Positions 49,574 to 63,161 of a DNA stretch of 64,000 bases are shown in pieces. The stretch's first letter is position 1; each line of letters starts with the position of its first letter. The stretch lies in NCBI GenBank assembly GCA_010015585.1, contig ML975170.1, one strand, 5' to 3'. The DNA is from Eremomyces bilateralis CBS 781.70. Taxonomy: Eukaryota. The position numbers and the translations under genes are program-made. A model generated the notes under the pieces. That model was not told the DNA's origin, did not search any database, and saw only the letters and a program-made list of their open reading frames with translations.

Positions 49574-51029
49574 ATGGCGGAGCTTTCGTCGCGCCAACAG
49601 CTCCGTCGACGGGTGCTTCGAGTCCTCTTCATCTCTCTTCTCCTTGACCTCGTATGTATAGTTCCGTCGTAACCGATCATCGCTTAACAAGTTTCCAGAT
49701 ATCTTTCACCTTTATTCTCCCCCTCTTCCCCAAACTCATCGAATTCTACCGCGACCTCGACTCCCGCGCCTCCAACGGTTCTCCCACTCTTCTCCAGAAC
49801 ATTCTCTCCGTCCTTCATCGGTACAAAAACTCTTTCGCCAAACCGATCAACTCCCGCTATGACATCGTCATCCTTGGTGGGGCTCTCGGCTCCCTCTTCT
49901 CCCTTTGCCAAGCCATCGCCTCCCCAATCATCGGTGCCCTCTCCGATAAATACGGTCGACGCACGGCTCTTCTCTGGGCGATGTGCGGAAACATTCTCTC
50001 CGTTGCGCTCTGGGTGGTAGCGGTGGATTTCCGGACATTCCTGGCAAGTAGGGTCATCGGAGGGTTGAGCGAGGGCAATGTACAACTGGCGACGGCGATT
50101 GCAACGGACATTTCGAATGACGAGGAACGTGGCTCAACGATGGCTCTAGTGGGTGCATGTTTCAGCATTGCGTTCACGGTAGGGCCGTCGTTGGGTGCAG
50201 CGTTGAGTAATTTGGTATTTGTCAAGGCGAACCCGTTCGCAACGGCAGCAGGATTCAGTTTGGTATTGATCGTCACCGAGACCATTTATTTGTACTTCTG
50301 TCTTCCGGAGACCCACGACATCAAGAAATCCAAGGATCAGGCGAGTGGGAATGGGAAGATCCAAGCCTCGAAGGCCTCGAATCCGAACGTCCGAACCAAC
50401 TCGCATGTCTTGCTGAACTTGACTCATTTCACCTTCATCTTGTTCTTCTCGGGCATGGAGTTCTCGTTACCGTTTATGACTTATGATCTCTTTGGGTACT
50501 CTTCGGCGCGGAACGGAGGATTGTTGGGATTCATCGGTATCATTTCTAGCGTTCTACAGGGCGGCGTAACGCGCCGTATGCACCCTCTGCTCGTGGTTCG
50601 GATCGGAGTGGTCTGTTGCGCCCTAGCGTTCGTTTGGTTGGGAAAACTCAAGACGCAGGGAGAATTGTACGGTGCAGGAGCTCTGCTTGCTACTACAAGT
50701 GCAACGGTGGTGACGGGATTAAACAGCTTGAGCAGTTTTGAGGCTTCGGCTGGGGAGAGAGGTGGGAAATTGGGAAACCATCGGAGTTCTGGTACGTTCT
50801 TCCTTCGCATCGCGTCTCCAATTCATCTAATTGTTGTGTAGGCCAAATAGGACGCACGCTTGGTCCTTTGATTTTCTGTTCCTTATATTGGTGGGCAGGT
50901 CGAGAGGTTGCGTATACAGTTGGAGGTCTCGGGATGGTTGGGGTGGCTTCGATGGTCTTTGGAGGTTTAAAGGCTCCTCCAGGAAGCATCCAACCCAAAT
51001 CGATCAAGACCACGTCAAGCAAGAGATAA
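49574..51029 (+). CDS. MFS transporter, MFSD10/tetracycline-efflux-like
   Basis: LFISLLLDL-ISFTFILPLFP, GALSDKYGRR, GGLSEGNVQL, FSIAFTVGP; 2 introns. Confidence 0.92.
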
Positions 51030-51242
51030 CAGGTTACCCATAAAAGACGGAGATTAGCAACTCATGGATGACGTAGGGTGTATGTTCCGGTGGAAAAGGA
51101 TGTATTCGGATGACATGGTACTGTACAAATATATCGAAACATGGATTCCCTTGATATATACCATCGAAGCACCAAGAGCTTCCCACAAATCCATGAACGC
51201 CTCGCAATGCATAAATCATCCAAATCCAGCCGACACATTCGC

Positions 51243-51714
51243 TTATGCAGGCCCCTCGGGGGTGATCTTGGGCCTACGCTTCGTGAATCTCTTCGACTCT
51301 ACTCCTCGTTAGTCCTGTCATATCGCCTTTCATCAATCAGGACATACCAGCTGCAGTTCTCTTCTTCTTCGGTGCTCCTTTGCCTCTCGCTTTCAACCGT
51401 TCTATGTGTTCCAGTCTGTCCTGCTCCTCCTCGTCCTCAATCACGGCGCGAGGGAAGTCCTTCCGCAACTGTTGGATGGTACCGACTCGTGGAGGGTAAT
51501 ATGAAGCGAGTGCCGCTCCGCGGAGGCGCTGACGGAGAATTTTGGTACCAATGCGCAGGCGATTGGGATTGAACGTGGTGTTGAAGATGCGGCATTGGAC
51601 CTGGATGAGTTAGCCCGTTCAATGATGCTGGGATGGATTGTTGCTCGAAGGTGCAGGCTTTGGATTCATACATACCCGCATTAGGTCCACGACCCGAGAC
51701 CGAGCGATTGACAT
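51243..51714 (-). CDS. RSM27: Mitochondrial ribosomal small-subunit protein mS33
   Basis: Spliced VQCRIFNTTFNPNRLRIGTKILRQRLRGAALASYYPP...KARGKGAPKKKR (not in the ORF track). Confidence 0.92.
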
Positions 51715-52209
51715 GATCGATGTACAGTTCACCGTTGACGATTCAAAGCGTAGATTCGCTACTGTGTATGATGGCGAGGTCGAAGTTCGATCAGATCTGA
51801 GGGTTGCAGATGATGGGAAGTTTTGCTACAGGGACACCCCTGCCCCACATCTTCGACATGCGATATTTCATGGCCAATATCCCCGTGATGCAATTGTCGC
51901 CCTCCTCCACACAATCTACAGGCGATCTTGTGTTGGTGCAATGGGTCAAGGTAAGTTGATTTGCTTGAGATGAAAGTCCCGGTTTCTCTCTGTTCCGCTC
52001 CGTGTAGATGTCAGAGGCTAATCTATCCAGTATCTCGTGGAAATATTTCAAGACACTCGTGGAGACCGTGGAGACGCCGATTTGTTGGCATAGATAGCCG
52101 CTGAAGCTGCCGAAACCATTGACTGCATATCAGGCTACTGTGTGATATGGTTTATTCCAAAGGAGAGCCGTTCGCCGTACCACCAGGATACTTCGACCAG
52201 CACGCGAAA

Positions 52210-53396
52210 ATGGGCAGTCAAGATCAAGCAGTAGTATCTGCCTCCCCCGAGATACCTACTACCGCGGCCGCTGCCGTGTTGAAGCCTTCCGAACCGATGG
52301 CTGCCGGAAGCAAAGTGGTTCGAGGAATCGATTTCGACAACTTCAAAGGCAGAGATGTTACCGTGGTTGATATTCTGGAGCATATGGATGTCATGGGATT
52401 CCAGGCCATGAACCTGGCAAAGTCGATCAAGATTATAGATGAGATGGTATGTCGTCTGGTTGTTTGCAACATTGGACCCAGACCTTTCCACGATGATACT
52501 GACACATGTCATAGAGAGCCTGGCGCGATCCAGAGACCGGCTCTCGAGCCACTATCTTCTTGGGCTACACTTCCAATATGATCAGCTCCGGTTTGCGCGA
52601 AACGTTCCGCTACCTTGTGCAGCACGGGCACGTTGACGCCATCGTCACCTCTGCAGGGGGGATAGAAGAGGATTTCATCAAATGCCTTGGCGACACATAC
52701 ACTGGCAGCTTCGACGCGGACGGGACGAAATTACGTGCGGCAGGCATGAATCGTATCGGCAACTTGATCGTACCGAACGATAATTACTGCGCATTCGAGG
52801 ACTGGGTCATCCCGGTGCTCGACCAAATGTACAAGGAACAGGAAGACACAAAAGGGACGGAGAACGAGATTAACTGGACGCCTAGCAAGATCATCGCCAG
52901 GCTAGGGAAAGAGATCAACGATGAGCGGAGCGTTTATTACTGGGCTCAGAAGAACGGCATTCCTGTGTTCTGCCCTGCACTCACGGACGGGAGTCTTGGG
53001 GACATGCTATATTTCCACACCTTCCGAACGTCGCCCGGCCAATTGCGATGTGATATTGTCGAGGACATCCGCGCGGTTAACAGCATTGCTGTGCGTGCGA
53101 AGAAGGCCGGGATGATCATCCTGGGAGGTGGAGTTATCAAGCACCATATTGCAAATGCGTGCTTGATGCGGAATGGGGCTGAGTGGGCGGTTTACGTCAA
53201 TACCGCACAAGAGTTCGATGGGAGTGATGCAGGAGCACGACCGGAGGAGGCGATCAGCTGGGGGAAGATCAAGGCAGATGGAATGTCGGTAAAAGTGCAT
53301 GCAGACGCAACGATAGTATTTCCGTTGATCGTGGCGGCAACTTTTGCGAAGAATGAAAAACCGAAGGAAGAGGCGAAGGAAGGCAGTGGAGTGTAA
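52210..53396 (+). CDS. DYS1: Deoxyhypusine synthase
   Basis: [51 protein letters not shown]; one intron. Confidence 0.97.
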
Positions 53397-53646
53397 AAAT
53401 TCGATCTCTTGCATACTTGGAGTTCAGGGAAGCATACTGGATATGGCGTCCATTCATCTGGTCTCGTGCTGTACCAGCGAGGCATGGACAAAATGGGGTG
53501 ATATTAGGAGCTAAAGTACAATGCTGGCTAACATGTATAAGCAAGTAGAGTTGTGGCCAGGTAGAATCGGGGTAGAATCCGGGTAGAATCTAGGGCAAAA
53601 CTCCAGTACCGATTGTTCAACGCACTGTATGCATAGCATTGACCAT

Positions 53647-54399
53647 TTACTCCTCCTTTGCACCACCACGTCCAGACTTCTCCGCCTGCTCAATGCTCTT
53701 CTTATCGGTCTTGATCTCTCCGCCAGCCGGCATTCCCATGAAGCCAGCGGCAGCCTTCCATGGGCGCTTCAAATCTCCACTCGCTGGGCGTCCGAGAACG
53801 TGGACCTTGACCAGGTTGCCTTCGAACAGGGCCTTCAAAGGGATGATGCTCTGGATGAGCAGCGGGTTGGTATATTTGAAGTAGATGTGCATCACGCCCA
53901 TCATGCCGACACCCATGAGCTGGGACTTGAAGAGTTGGCGGAGTTGGCTATAGTCGTATGCTTGGATGGTCGTGGTGACAGCCTTCGGCTCCTCGGTGGA
54001 ACCCATTGGTGCGGGCTCGACGTATTTGAGGACGGTGAGATCTAGACAAGGTCAGAGATTGTCCAGGAAGCGAGCGGGTAGCCGCTGAGGTCTTAACATA
54101 CCCTTCTTCTTGTCTATCTGCAACTTCACGTAAAAGTATGCGCTGGCGATTATGACGTTCGAGAGGACATAGAGGCCGCGGATGAGGTTCAGGACATTAG
54201 GATCTTCGAAGGGAACCCTCTTGGACACCTGCATCATAAATCTAGGGTCGCATCAGTATCTTCCCTCACACAGTTCGCGTCCTTCGCATTCTTCGGACAT
54301 ACAGTATGATGAGGACATTGGTACTGCGCAAGAGTTAGCTTAGTTCATGTGCGAAGGCATTCGGGTATCGTCAACAACTCACATTGCGGGATTGACCAT
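53647..54399 (-). CDS. PHO88: Pho88/Snd3 ER membrane protein
   Basis: KRVPFEDP, LKYVEPAPMGS, MHIYFKYTNPLLIQSIIP, GDLKRPW, C-terminal GGAKEE. Confidence 0.93.
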
Positions 54400-56406
54400 G
54401 GTGACGGTGTTTGGCTGGGCCGGATTTGAAGACTAAGTGTTGAAGGCTGGGAGATGGCAGAAGTTGATGTAGTAATAATCAAACTTAGATGAAGTACCAC
54501 AGTACTGATGGAAATCAGGGCTTGGATGATGATATGATTCAGAATGCTGGTTGCAGCGTGCAAGCGGGAAAAAAGATGGTCTCAAAAAGTTGATGGCGAA
54601 GCGGGAAAAAGAACACATCTCCGCCTCCAGTCCGCTGTCGCGATTCTCGGATCCCGTGGTTAGAGGAAGTGGAGCGGATGGGCGGACGGGGTGATCGGAC
54701 TCCATTCATCGTTCTAGATGCTTCCTTTCTTCCTACACACGTATTTACTACTTACCTTCATCTACGATATATAATTACTAATATACTAGATCCAAAGAAT
54801 CCGGCCTCAAAGCAAAGAACAGTCGGGTATCAATCATCCATGGACGTGCTTTCATGTTGACCAGAATGCCTGGAGATACCACTGCTTTTCCGCAATCCAT
54901 CAAGGACAGCCATGCCTTCGAATCACCAGATAGCTAAAAGACATGTTCGATGAAGGATAATTCCACACTGCCGACCATTCCTTCCAGGAGTTCCGCACAT
55001 CTTAGCACATGTTCCGTATCTTCAATTGCTCGACCGAAAGGCTCTGTCCAACCGAAGCGGAACTGTGTCAAGAGATAAAGAACCGGGTTGATCGTCTTCG
55101 CCAGTACCATCTACGTCGATACTAGCTATAAGTCTCGATCCAAATATCTCATACACCAATGTCGACGGGGTCGGGGACAGGATGGACCAGTATCGAACTG
55201 GCTTTGAGGATGACGGGTCCCGCATCAGTGCCAACTCCAGTCCCAACCGATGGAAAGGAGCGTATGTGATACTTCTGCTCCTTTGCCCGCAGCCGCGATA
55301 CTGGTACGAGTAGCAAATTCGACCCGATTTGTCTTTCGATATACCTGATATGCCCTCTCCTGCGAAGACGTAAGAGATGCGGGGAAACCGAAGTCATCGT
55401 GGCTCATAGCTGACATCAAATATATTATATAAACTGATGAATCCTTCATCAACACATTCAAGAGGCAAATACGGAGTAGATAATCCGTATTGGAAGTCAT
55501 CGTGACCAACATTGGGATGGTTCGGCTGAAATCTGCCCTTTCGCCATTATTTCAGCGCTGGGAATATCTCTTACCTAAATCATCAAAACGGTCGCACACG
55601 CACGTCAACAACTCAACCATGTTCAAGAACAATTGGATATTGATGCTTCGTATCGTGGATTCAATCTAGAATGTCACGACAGCCTAATGGATGCTTTACC
55701 TTGCACTGGACCTTCGGAATACGAGCTTCCCATACAAGGGCAAAACCACATTCCCGAATCAGCTTGATGGGCGACTATCGGTGCCTCGGACGAGGTGGTC
55801 CAGAGTCATGCTATTTTTGCACAACTGTACTGCTTCCAAACGACAAACATCCCGGGTCCCAGATCGCAAAGATGTCAAGTCTAAACGAGCTGTCAGTTTG
55901 TCCAACACGAAGACATGCAGTCAAGATCGCCTTGGGGCGGAGGACCGGTCCATGTGTGGTGCTAAGTCTGACCTAATATGGGATTGTCAATTTTGCTTGT
56001 GCTACTGTCGACTTTGATTCCCATGTCCCTGGCAACTAGTGCCTAAGAAACCGAACTAATAGTAACTATTATAATTTCGTCTATGGGGTAACAAGGGGAA
56101 CCCTCCGTGGCCAGGTTTTGTTATCACGTTCCTATTTCAATTCCGATCCTAACTTGTCGGACATCATGTCGTATTTCTCTTCGTTGCTTAGAATTCGGTG
56201 TCGACTGTCATCTAACTGCTGTCTGATTGTTCTAATAACTGTGCAGTATTAGAATGAAGTTTATCCTTTCCAACCGCGCTACTCCCCACAGGTCCTCTTC
56301 ATTCGGCATGATACAGACGCTTGGAACTTGCCCTTCGTATTGAGCGCATCTTGTCGTTCGTATTGAGCGGAAGGCTTGCATACCCGCCACCAGAACACGG
56401 AACGAG

Positions 56407-57382
56407 ATGGCGGGAGATCCACAGCAAACATCCCCGCCACATGTGGATGAACATGACAAGTTTATTGTGCCTCAAAGTTTTGGCTTCAGCAAAGATCGCA
56501 AGTCGCGGTCAGGCTTTGCGCCAGAATCGACGCCGCAAGATAACCTTCCAATCGTAGTCCCGGACGAGGCAGAAAAGCAGGTCGACCATGGACATTGGGG
56601 GAGATCACCATTGGAGGTGGAGTCGGAACAACCAAAATTTACCATTGATCACACCAGAGGCGACACCACTGGCATCGAGGTCGCTCCGGAGAGACCAGAG
56701 GAAAAGAAGGGGCAACTTATCTTCGGGTTCAAGAAGAGAACCTTCTGGTTACTACTCGCTCTGCTTACAGTAATCATAGTTGGCGGAGCAGTTGGTGGTG
56801 GTGTAGGTGGAGGAATAGCAGTCAAGAACAAGAACGAAGCGGCAGCATCTGCTGCTGCTGCTGCTAGTCAGGCGGCGGACTCATCATCGAGTGCATCGTA
56901 AGTAGTTCTAAAAGCGGCATGTCTATCGATAACGCAACTTACGACTCCCTAGGCCGGCATCACCCCCGTCCTCCACATCGGCATCAAACATCCTTCCAAC
57001 AGAATCGTCCAAGCACCCTGGGTTCAGCCTCCGCGTCTTTTCCAACGCCTCATTCAGTGGCCAAGTCCAGACATTCACCGAACCAGGGTTCTATCAGCTC
57101 GCCTACGTTGGAGAATCGTATATTTGGCTTCCTAAGAATACATATTGTTCGGTCAGCTTCTGCGAAGGCGACATAGACTTGGGCTGGCGTGGATACAATT
57201 CTACGTACCGTGACCAATTTGGCGATTCTATTGGACAGATGTCGCATATTAATCTTGCATGTACGGGGATCTATGAAAGTCCTGGCTGTCCTGATTCACC
57301 ACTTCCGAGTGCAAGAACGGTAGAAGTCGAAACCGCTACGGAGTTGATCGAGCCGACTGGGATTCCATCTTCAAGTGGTTGA
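56407..57382 (+). CDS. Single-pass (type II) membrane protein with small Cys-containing C-terminal domain
   Basis: IFGFKKRTFW followed by a TM helix and GGAVGGGVGG; one GTAAGT...TAG intron at about 56898-56952 keeps the frame to the stop at 57382. Confidence 0.8.
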
Positions 57383-58344
57383 GTGAGAAAGGGGCACAAT
57401 AATGTGGACGACCTTTATATGCGCAGAGTCCGCGAAGAGAAGGAATAGAGGGTTTACATGGGGATATGTTGCATCATGTTGCCATTCTTGATCCTCAATC
57501 TGCGAACACCTCGTCAGATACGGAATCTCGAGATTGAAACATGTCGAGGCTCTGTAGCTTCCGGAACTCCTGAAGATGTCCTGGTGCGCAATATGAATTT
57601 AAAGAATGAAATACAAAAGTCGTACCGCTACGTACGAACAGACGATTGACAGAGAAGGGCGAACCATCGATGAGAGCACGATCAGTGCGAATACGACTTA
57701 CAAATATCCAGTCTAGAAGACGACCTTTACACGAAGATGATGCTGGTTTTGGCTTAGCCATGTCATTCAAGTTTGGTCTCGGAACATCCTATGCTCGCAG
57801 GTACTCCCAGCGATGTGTCCTATCTACTCATTATGGAGTGGTATTCTCCGCAGCTGCTATCATCCTATATCTCCGACCGATCTTTATTACTGAGTACACC
57901 CGCGCAGCCATAACACCATCAAATTACATATTTAAACAACAACACAGTTGTCAGGTTTTTGGTAAGGGGTCGGTGATCGCTGCAAGCAGAAGAAAAGTCC
58001 TCAACCGTTCAATCGTCCGTGGTCATACTGTTCCAGACCACTAAGCATATTTTCCAAGGGCATTTGTCGTGCTGGCCTCGTTTTGGAGATTTATTTCAAA
58101 AGTTCTTGATTGCATGAGTTCGTTCCATCAACGCAAAATACCGTATATTTGATATGAATATATAAGTCGGCGTGCAAATATTCCTTTGAAGTGTGAACCC
58201 AATTCGAAATTTCCATGCCATGAGCAGCACCCATTGAACAACACTAAATGGGACCCAGGGGCATGGGATGTCAAAAAAAAAGCATTAAACCACTGAATCG
58301 CTACTCGTCAAATCGGTCGGCCATCCCGACAATGGTAGACTCCA

Positions 58345-59356
58345 TCAAACATCATACTTTGAGATGATGTCCTTGATGCTTGCTCCAGATTGTGCAAGAG
58401 CTGATGTTTCTTCCTGATCCAGTGGTATCGGAAGAGTAGATACGATACCACTCCGTCCTAGCACGGCAGGAAGACTGAGACAACAGCCAAAATCATTCTG
58501 CCAGTGGCTCAAGGGGAAAACTCGACGTTGGTCGAAGACGATACACTCGCAAATGGTTGACGCCACGGCAGCGATGCCGTAGGAAGTGAACCCTTTCGCT
58601 TTGATAATCTCGTACGCCTTTCTCTTCGTGATAGCTGCGACCTTGGCACGTTCCTCCTCGTCGATTGGAAACAATGACAGATACGGTGTACCATGGACGT
58701 TCGCTGTAGACCATGCAACCTATATCACTCTTAGCGGACGCCTTTGAAGATGAGGATGAAGCATACGCATTGCGAATCTCCATGTTCGCCGATAACATAG
58801 GCGCTAACTGATGTATCCGCAACCTGCAATATGTTAGCCTCGATGCGCTGATATTGGTTATGGAGTAAACCTTGAGCTTGGATGCGAGGATGGCCCGAAG
58901 TCTGATCGAGTCGAGCAATGTCCCGGACCCAAAAACCTGGCTCTGCGGCAACCCCGAAAGCTTCTGAGCAAAGTAAGTCAGAACATCCACTGGATTTGCG
59001 ACAAGGACGAGGATTGCGTCCTCCCTGATCGGCTTCATGGAGCTCAGGATATTCTCAAGGATCGCATAGTTCCGATCAATCAGACTCATTCTTGTGTCGT
59101 TTTCCCGTTGTTTGGCCCCAGCAGTAACAACGATGATGTTTGACTGGCCGGCTTCGGCACTGGTTCCCTGTCTTATACGGACATTGGAGAGGTATGCGGC
59201 GTCGGCAAGATCCTGCACTTGCGCGTTGCATAGCTCGGTGTCAATATCAACAAGAATGAGGTCGGCAACAATTTTGCGCAACAGCAAAGACTGGGCTATG
59301 GCGGAGCCTACGGATCCGGCTCCAATTATGGCTATCGTATCGCTTGTAGGAAGCAT
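58345..59356 (-). CDS. ldh: L-lactate dehydrogenase
   Basis: GAGSVG, TAGAKQRENDTR (Gln at the LDH specificity site), VANPVD, GSGTLLDSIR, YVIGEHGDSQ, KGFTSYGIA. TATAAAA at about 59410-59416 (minus). Confidence 0.92.
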
Positions 59357-60240
59357 GGTGAATATGATATATCGTGATCGGCGATCAAGGGATCAAGCGC
59401 ACTGGGGGCTTTTATAGTAGTGAGGAGAATATGAACACCACCATTCTTGTTACAGTGCCACGTCAGTACGGTAGTCACGTTATAGCCATTTAGATCAACA
59501 AATCGTTAAGTCAGGAGACGGTGGTGAGTGTAAGGCTCGGAAAGTCATCTGCCACTTCATTTCTTAGCAAACGAGGCTGAGTATGTACCAGTATGCGCCC
59601 ATATCCAATGCAGCCGCGGAGGTTTGCCTTGAACGGCTTCTGATATGGACTTATTTCACTTCGATTTCTGTAAGACATACAGAGGCCAGAGCCTAAGAGA
59701 AATGGGTGTGCTGACAGCTCCGACTTCCGAGGCTTTCATGCATAATGAAACTCATGAAACAAAACAGTCTGTGTGCGTCGGTGGCGTACCCTTGAATCCG
59801 TACTGGTCTGTGCCTCACCAGATCTTGTATTATTCCAAAGCTCTTCCATTGATAGGTTTAAAAGCTTCAAGTTCTGGTACATAGGGCCACATCAACCTGA
59901 ACAAAACGAGGACGACGGAGCAAGTCCATCCATATCGTGAAGGCAAGACCCTGCGAAAATTGCTTTTGCCCCTGCAAAACTGGCTGCTTCTGCTCCAGGC
60001 GATAGGCATGAGAAGGAGTGTAAGTGGGTAATCGGGGTGAACAGATAATTAGACGGTACATGTGTAGACATCGGGCTCCCGGCGCCCCAAAACTAGCTCG
60101 TAATACAGCCCCTAAACATCGGGATGGAGAGGCCATACGTACCTGCCTATGGCCCACCCATTAATATCGACGGCCTTATTTTTGCCCGCCTCTCTGTGCC
60201 TACCACAGTTTTGTCTTCTTTCCCAGACTATTAGCCAATA

Positions 60241-61536
60241 CACTGACAGGACATAAGTCTGGTCAGGGTCGTCAAATCACGCGAAAATCCCCCATCACCA
60301 CCACACATTGAGATACGCTCAAAAACGTAGAGAGAGCGATCAGTATACTATTTTTTGATTACCTAATTGAGACGCGTCTAGTATTTCGTATGCCAGCCCT
60401 TTGCTTTGACCACCGCTCGTAAACGCTTCGAAATTGAGTCAATCAGTGCCCAGATGGTCTCCTGAGGGATCACCCACGCCTGATTTAACGCCGTGTTCAT
60501 GGCCTCCCGTGCGTCCTCTGAGGCATCTATCATCTTCAATTCAGGGTGGAGCTCTAGGGCCTTTGTTTTTAATAGGTGCCACATGTGTTCGATGGGGTTA
60601 AGGTCTGGGGAATGGGTTGGCCAATCGATAACCCAAATACCATGCGTCTCCAGCCATTCTTGGGTGATTTTGGCCGTATGGATCCTTGCATTACCCTGGA
60701 TAACAGTATCCCCAGGTTCATACATAGGGAGGAGTCCCTCCTCTAACGTAGCGATGTAGGATTTCGCGGAATAGCCCTGTCTTAGAGAGTCTTCGTCGCG
60801 GTCTATGATCACCAGCTCCGACCTCCCTTCACGCGAGATTGAGCCCCAAATCATCTGCGAAATCCCCTTTCCAGGGGTCTTAGGCTCGATCATCTTTGGC
60901 TCGTATGCTTCGTGATATAGGCGCCATATCCAAACCTGTTTTCCGCCGGCACCTTTCTCATAAGAGTACTCGTCTGTAGAGTGGGTCCTTGAGAAGTCGA
61001 AATCTACGAACTCACAGGCGAATTGGAGCCGGTCTTTGACGTGTTAAGGCCTGAGATGGGGCCTCTCCTTCGCTCGCCACTTCGTAAGGTGATATTTCTT
61101 AAGCGTTCGGTAGACAGTCTTCTTTGAGATCCGGAGGTATTCGACGCCTGCGAGGAGCTCTGAGTACTCCATCTTTGGGAATCTGCGTGCAATTTTGACG
61201 ATATGCCGTTCGTCTGACCGTGATAATATAGGGGGGGGGCCCTTACGAGGTCTAGATTTAAGGAGGTGGTCTTGATCCCATCTTTTCTGCGTCCTGTACA
61301 CCGTAAGTTGCGTAACGTTGAACTCCTCCGCCACTTCGCTCTTCGTTTTCCCACAAGATAGGTTCCCAAGATCACAGCTCTTTGAACATCGGTTAATTCG
61401 TCGTTTCTGCGTCGATTGGCACTAATTTCATTACCGAAAGACCTCATTTTAATGGTGATGTTGATGGTTAAAAACTGGTGGTATTCAGCTGAGATAAGAG
61501 TCTTGATGTGTGACTGACCAGACTTGTGGCTTAGTA
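60241..61536 (-). mobile_element. Tc1/mariner (DD34E) transposon, ~1.3 kb, defective
   Basis: HTH region, TDE, QGNARIH (catalytic D>G), SPDLNPIE; one frameshift and one stop. Residual TIR AAGTCTGGTCAG at 60255-60266 / 61514-61525; TA at the left end. Confidence 0.92.
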
Positions 61537-62144
61537 CTTTACCATATGATAAGTCGATTATGTCGCAACGAGGACTCCTCGCGTAAACAGTGTTCTTACC
61601 CTCTTATATCCAATGAACTTTATTAGCGTCTTATAGGGATAGCATCAGAGCTGTTCGAAATTTGCAGGACATCTTTTCAGAATGCAATGAATTCCAGACA
61701 TAACCATTACTGGACACTACATCATCAACTGTGTGCATTTTCACACACAAAGGGAAGGTTAGATTTGAATATAAAAGTTTTTCCAGGAGGTCTGGAATAA
61801 TGTGTACACACGAACTGAATCGATTGAAGCACTGCTAGATATCCCAAAGGTGGAAAGTACCCAGTTGATGTCAGAGAACGTGGCCGGTTTTCCTTTTCCT
61901 AGTGCCGTATGTTAACGAAATCTCTGAATACGACGTCTTGAGCGGCATCTATGAGCATATTTTCACGCTCTTTAGCAACAAAGATCAATCTCACTCTTTG
62001 GTCGACTGTTGGTGGTGAGCGAACAGACCACATGATCTTCATGCCCTGTGGTCACGAGTACATACTACTACAAGGAAATAACTGAGTGGGGGGATCTAAC
62101 GCCTGAGTAGAAATGTTTACATGGGTGTACCATACTCGGTCCTC

Positions 62145-63161
62145 CTATGTCTTCACGTTGTGTCTTTCAAGCTCCTCTTCCGGCACAAGGTCGTTCAATG
62201 CTTGGGAGAAGTATTTCGCCATGGTATAGTGAGTAGTGTTCTCCAACTCCGTAAGGTTACTATGAGGCAGGCGTTTGGCCATATACCGAATTGCCTCGAT
62301 CGGGGCGTTCGCGTCTTTTAATCCATGCCAGATCCTGACAGGATTATAGTCTACTTTTTCTAACTGGAATCCCCAGTCCGCATCAGATAGTAACCTGGCC
62401 TCATGCACAAACGTCGTTGAGCCTTGCTTAAAGCCCTCTAAAAGTAGCCGCACCATCCGCTCTCGTGTCTCCGCTATCGAAAGCTGCACATCCTCTCCAA
62501 GTCCAAACTCTTCTTCTTCTTTTCCTTCCTTACTACGGCGCTTCTCTAGCGATGCGTCAATCCATCGCATGATTGGCCGCTTCTTCACCAACCACCTCAA
62601 CAGACCGATGCACGTGCTTGTTGCTGCAGCAAAGGTGCCCGGCGTGTACACTGCCGCCCACGCAATGACCCGGCGGTACCACGACATGTAATGCGGGCCT
62701 GCAGCCCAAGGCGGCGCTCCCGCAAAGACTCCCACGGCCGACACCATCGGGCGCGTCAAGTAGCGCGCACATGCCAGCGCATACGGTCCCCCGCCCGAGC
62801 AGCCGAGGACCGCGAAACGTGAAATGTGCAGAGAATCAGCGAGAGCGGCGACATCTGCGGGCCAGTCCGTTATGCGCCGGTCCGGCTGCGCTGTCGAGAG
62901 ACCGAAGCCAGGGCGGTCGGGGGCGATGATGCGGATACCGCGACGAAGAGCCAGGCGATCCAGTGGGTAGGTTTCGAGACGCGAAGAGGGGAAGCCGTGC
63001 AAGAAGAAGAGGGGATAGCCAGTGGAGAGACCGTATTCGGCATACCCGAGGGTACGGCCGTCGGCGAGGGTGATGGTGAGGTTCTCTTTGCCGTTAAAGT
63101 CAATGACTCGGGAGGTTGAGAGGAGTCGAGAAGTTGATGGGGCAGAGAGTGGTAGCTTCAT
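62145..63161 (-). CDS. Alpha/beta hydrolase
   Basis: GRTLGYAEYG, LHGFPSSRLE, PDRPGFGLS, GCSGGGPYA nucleophile motif, WHGLKDANAP, late His. Confidence 0.92.
   Translation of the reverse strand: MKLPLSAPSTSRLLSTSRVIDFNGKENLTITLADGRTLGYAEYGLSTGYPLFFLHGFPSSRLETYPLDRLALRRGIRIIAPDRPGFGLSTAQPDRRITDWPADVAALADSLHISRFAVLGCSGGGPYALACARYLTRPMVSAVGVFAGAPPWAAGPHYMSWYRRVIAWAAVYTPGTFAAATSTCIGLLRWLVKKRPIMRWIDASLEKRRSKEGKEEEEFGLGEDVQLSIAETRERMVRLLLEGFKQGSTTFVHEARLLSDADWGFQLEKVDYNPVRIWHGLKDANAPIEAIRYMAKRLPHSNLTELENTTHYTMAKYFSQALNDLVPEEELERHNVKT

Noticed and set aside
53560..53592. Three 11-bp GGTAGAATC units between DYS1 and PHO88
   Set aside because: Ordinary short 3'-UTR minisatellite with no evidence of function.
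54840..56020. Possible decayed gene between PHO88 and the membrane-protein gene
   Set aside because: Fragmentary frames with no recognisable motif.
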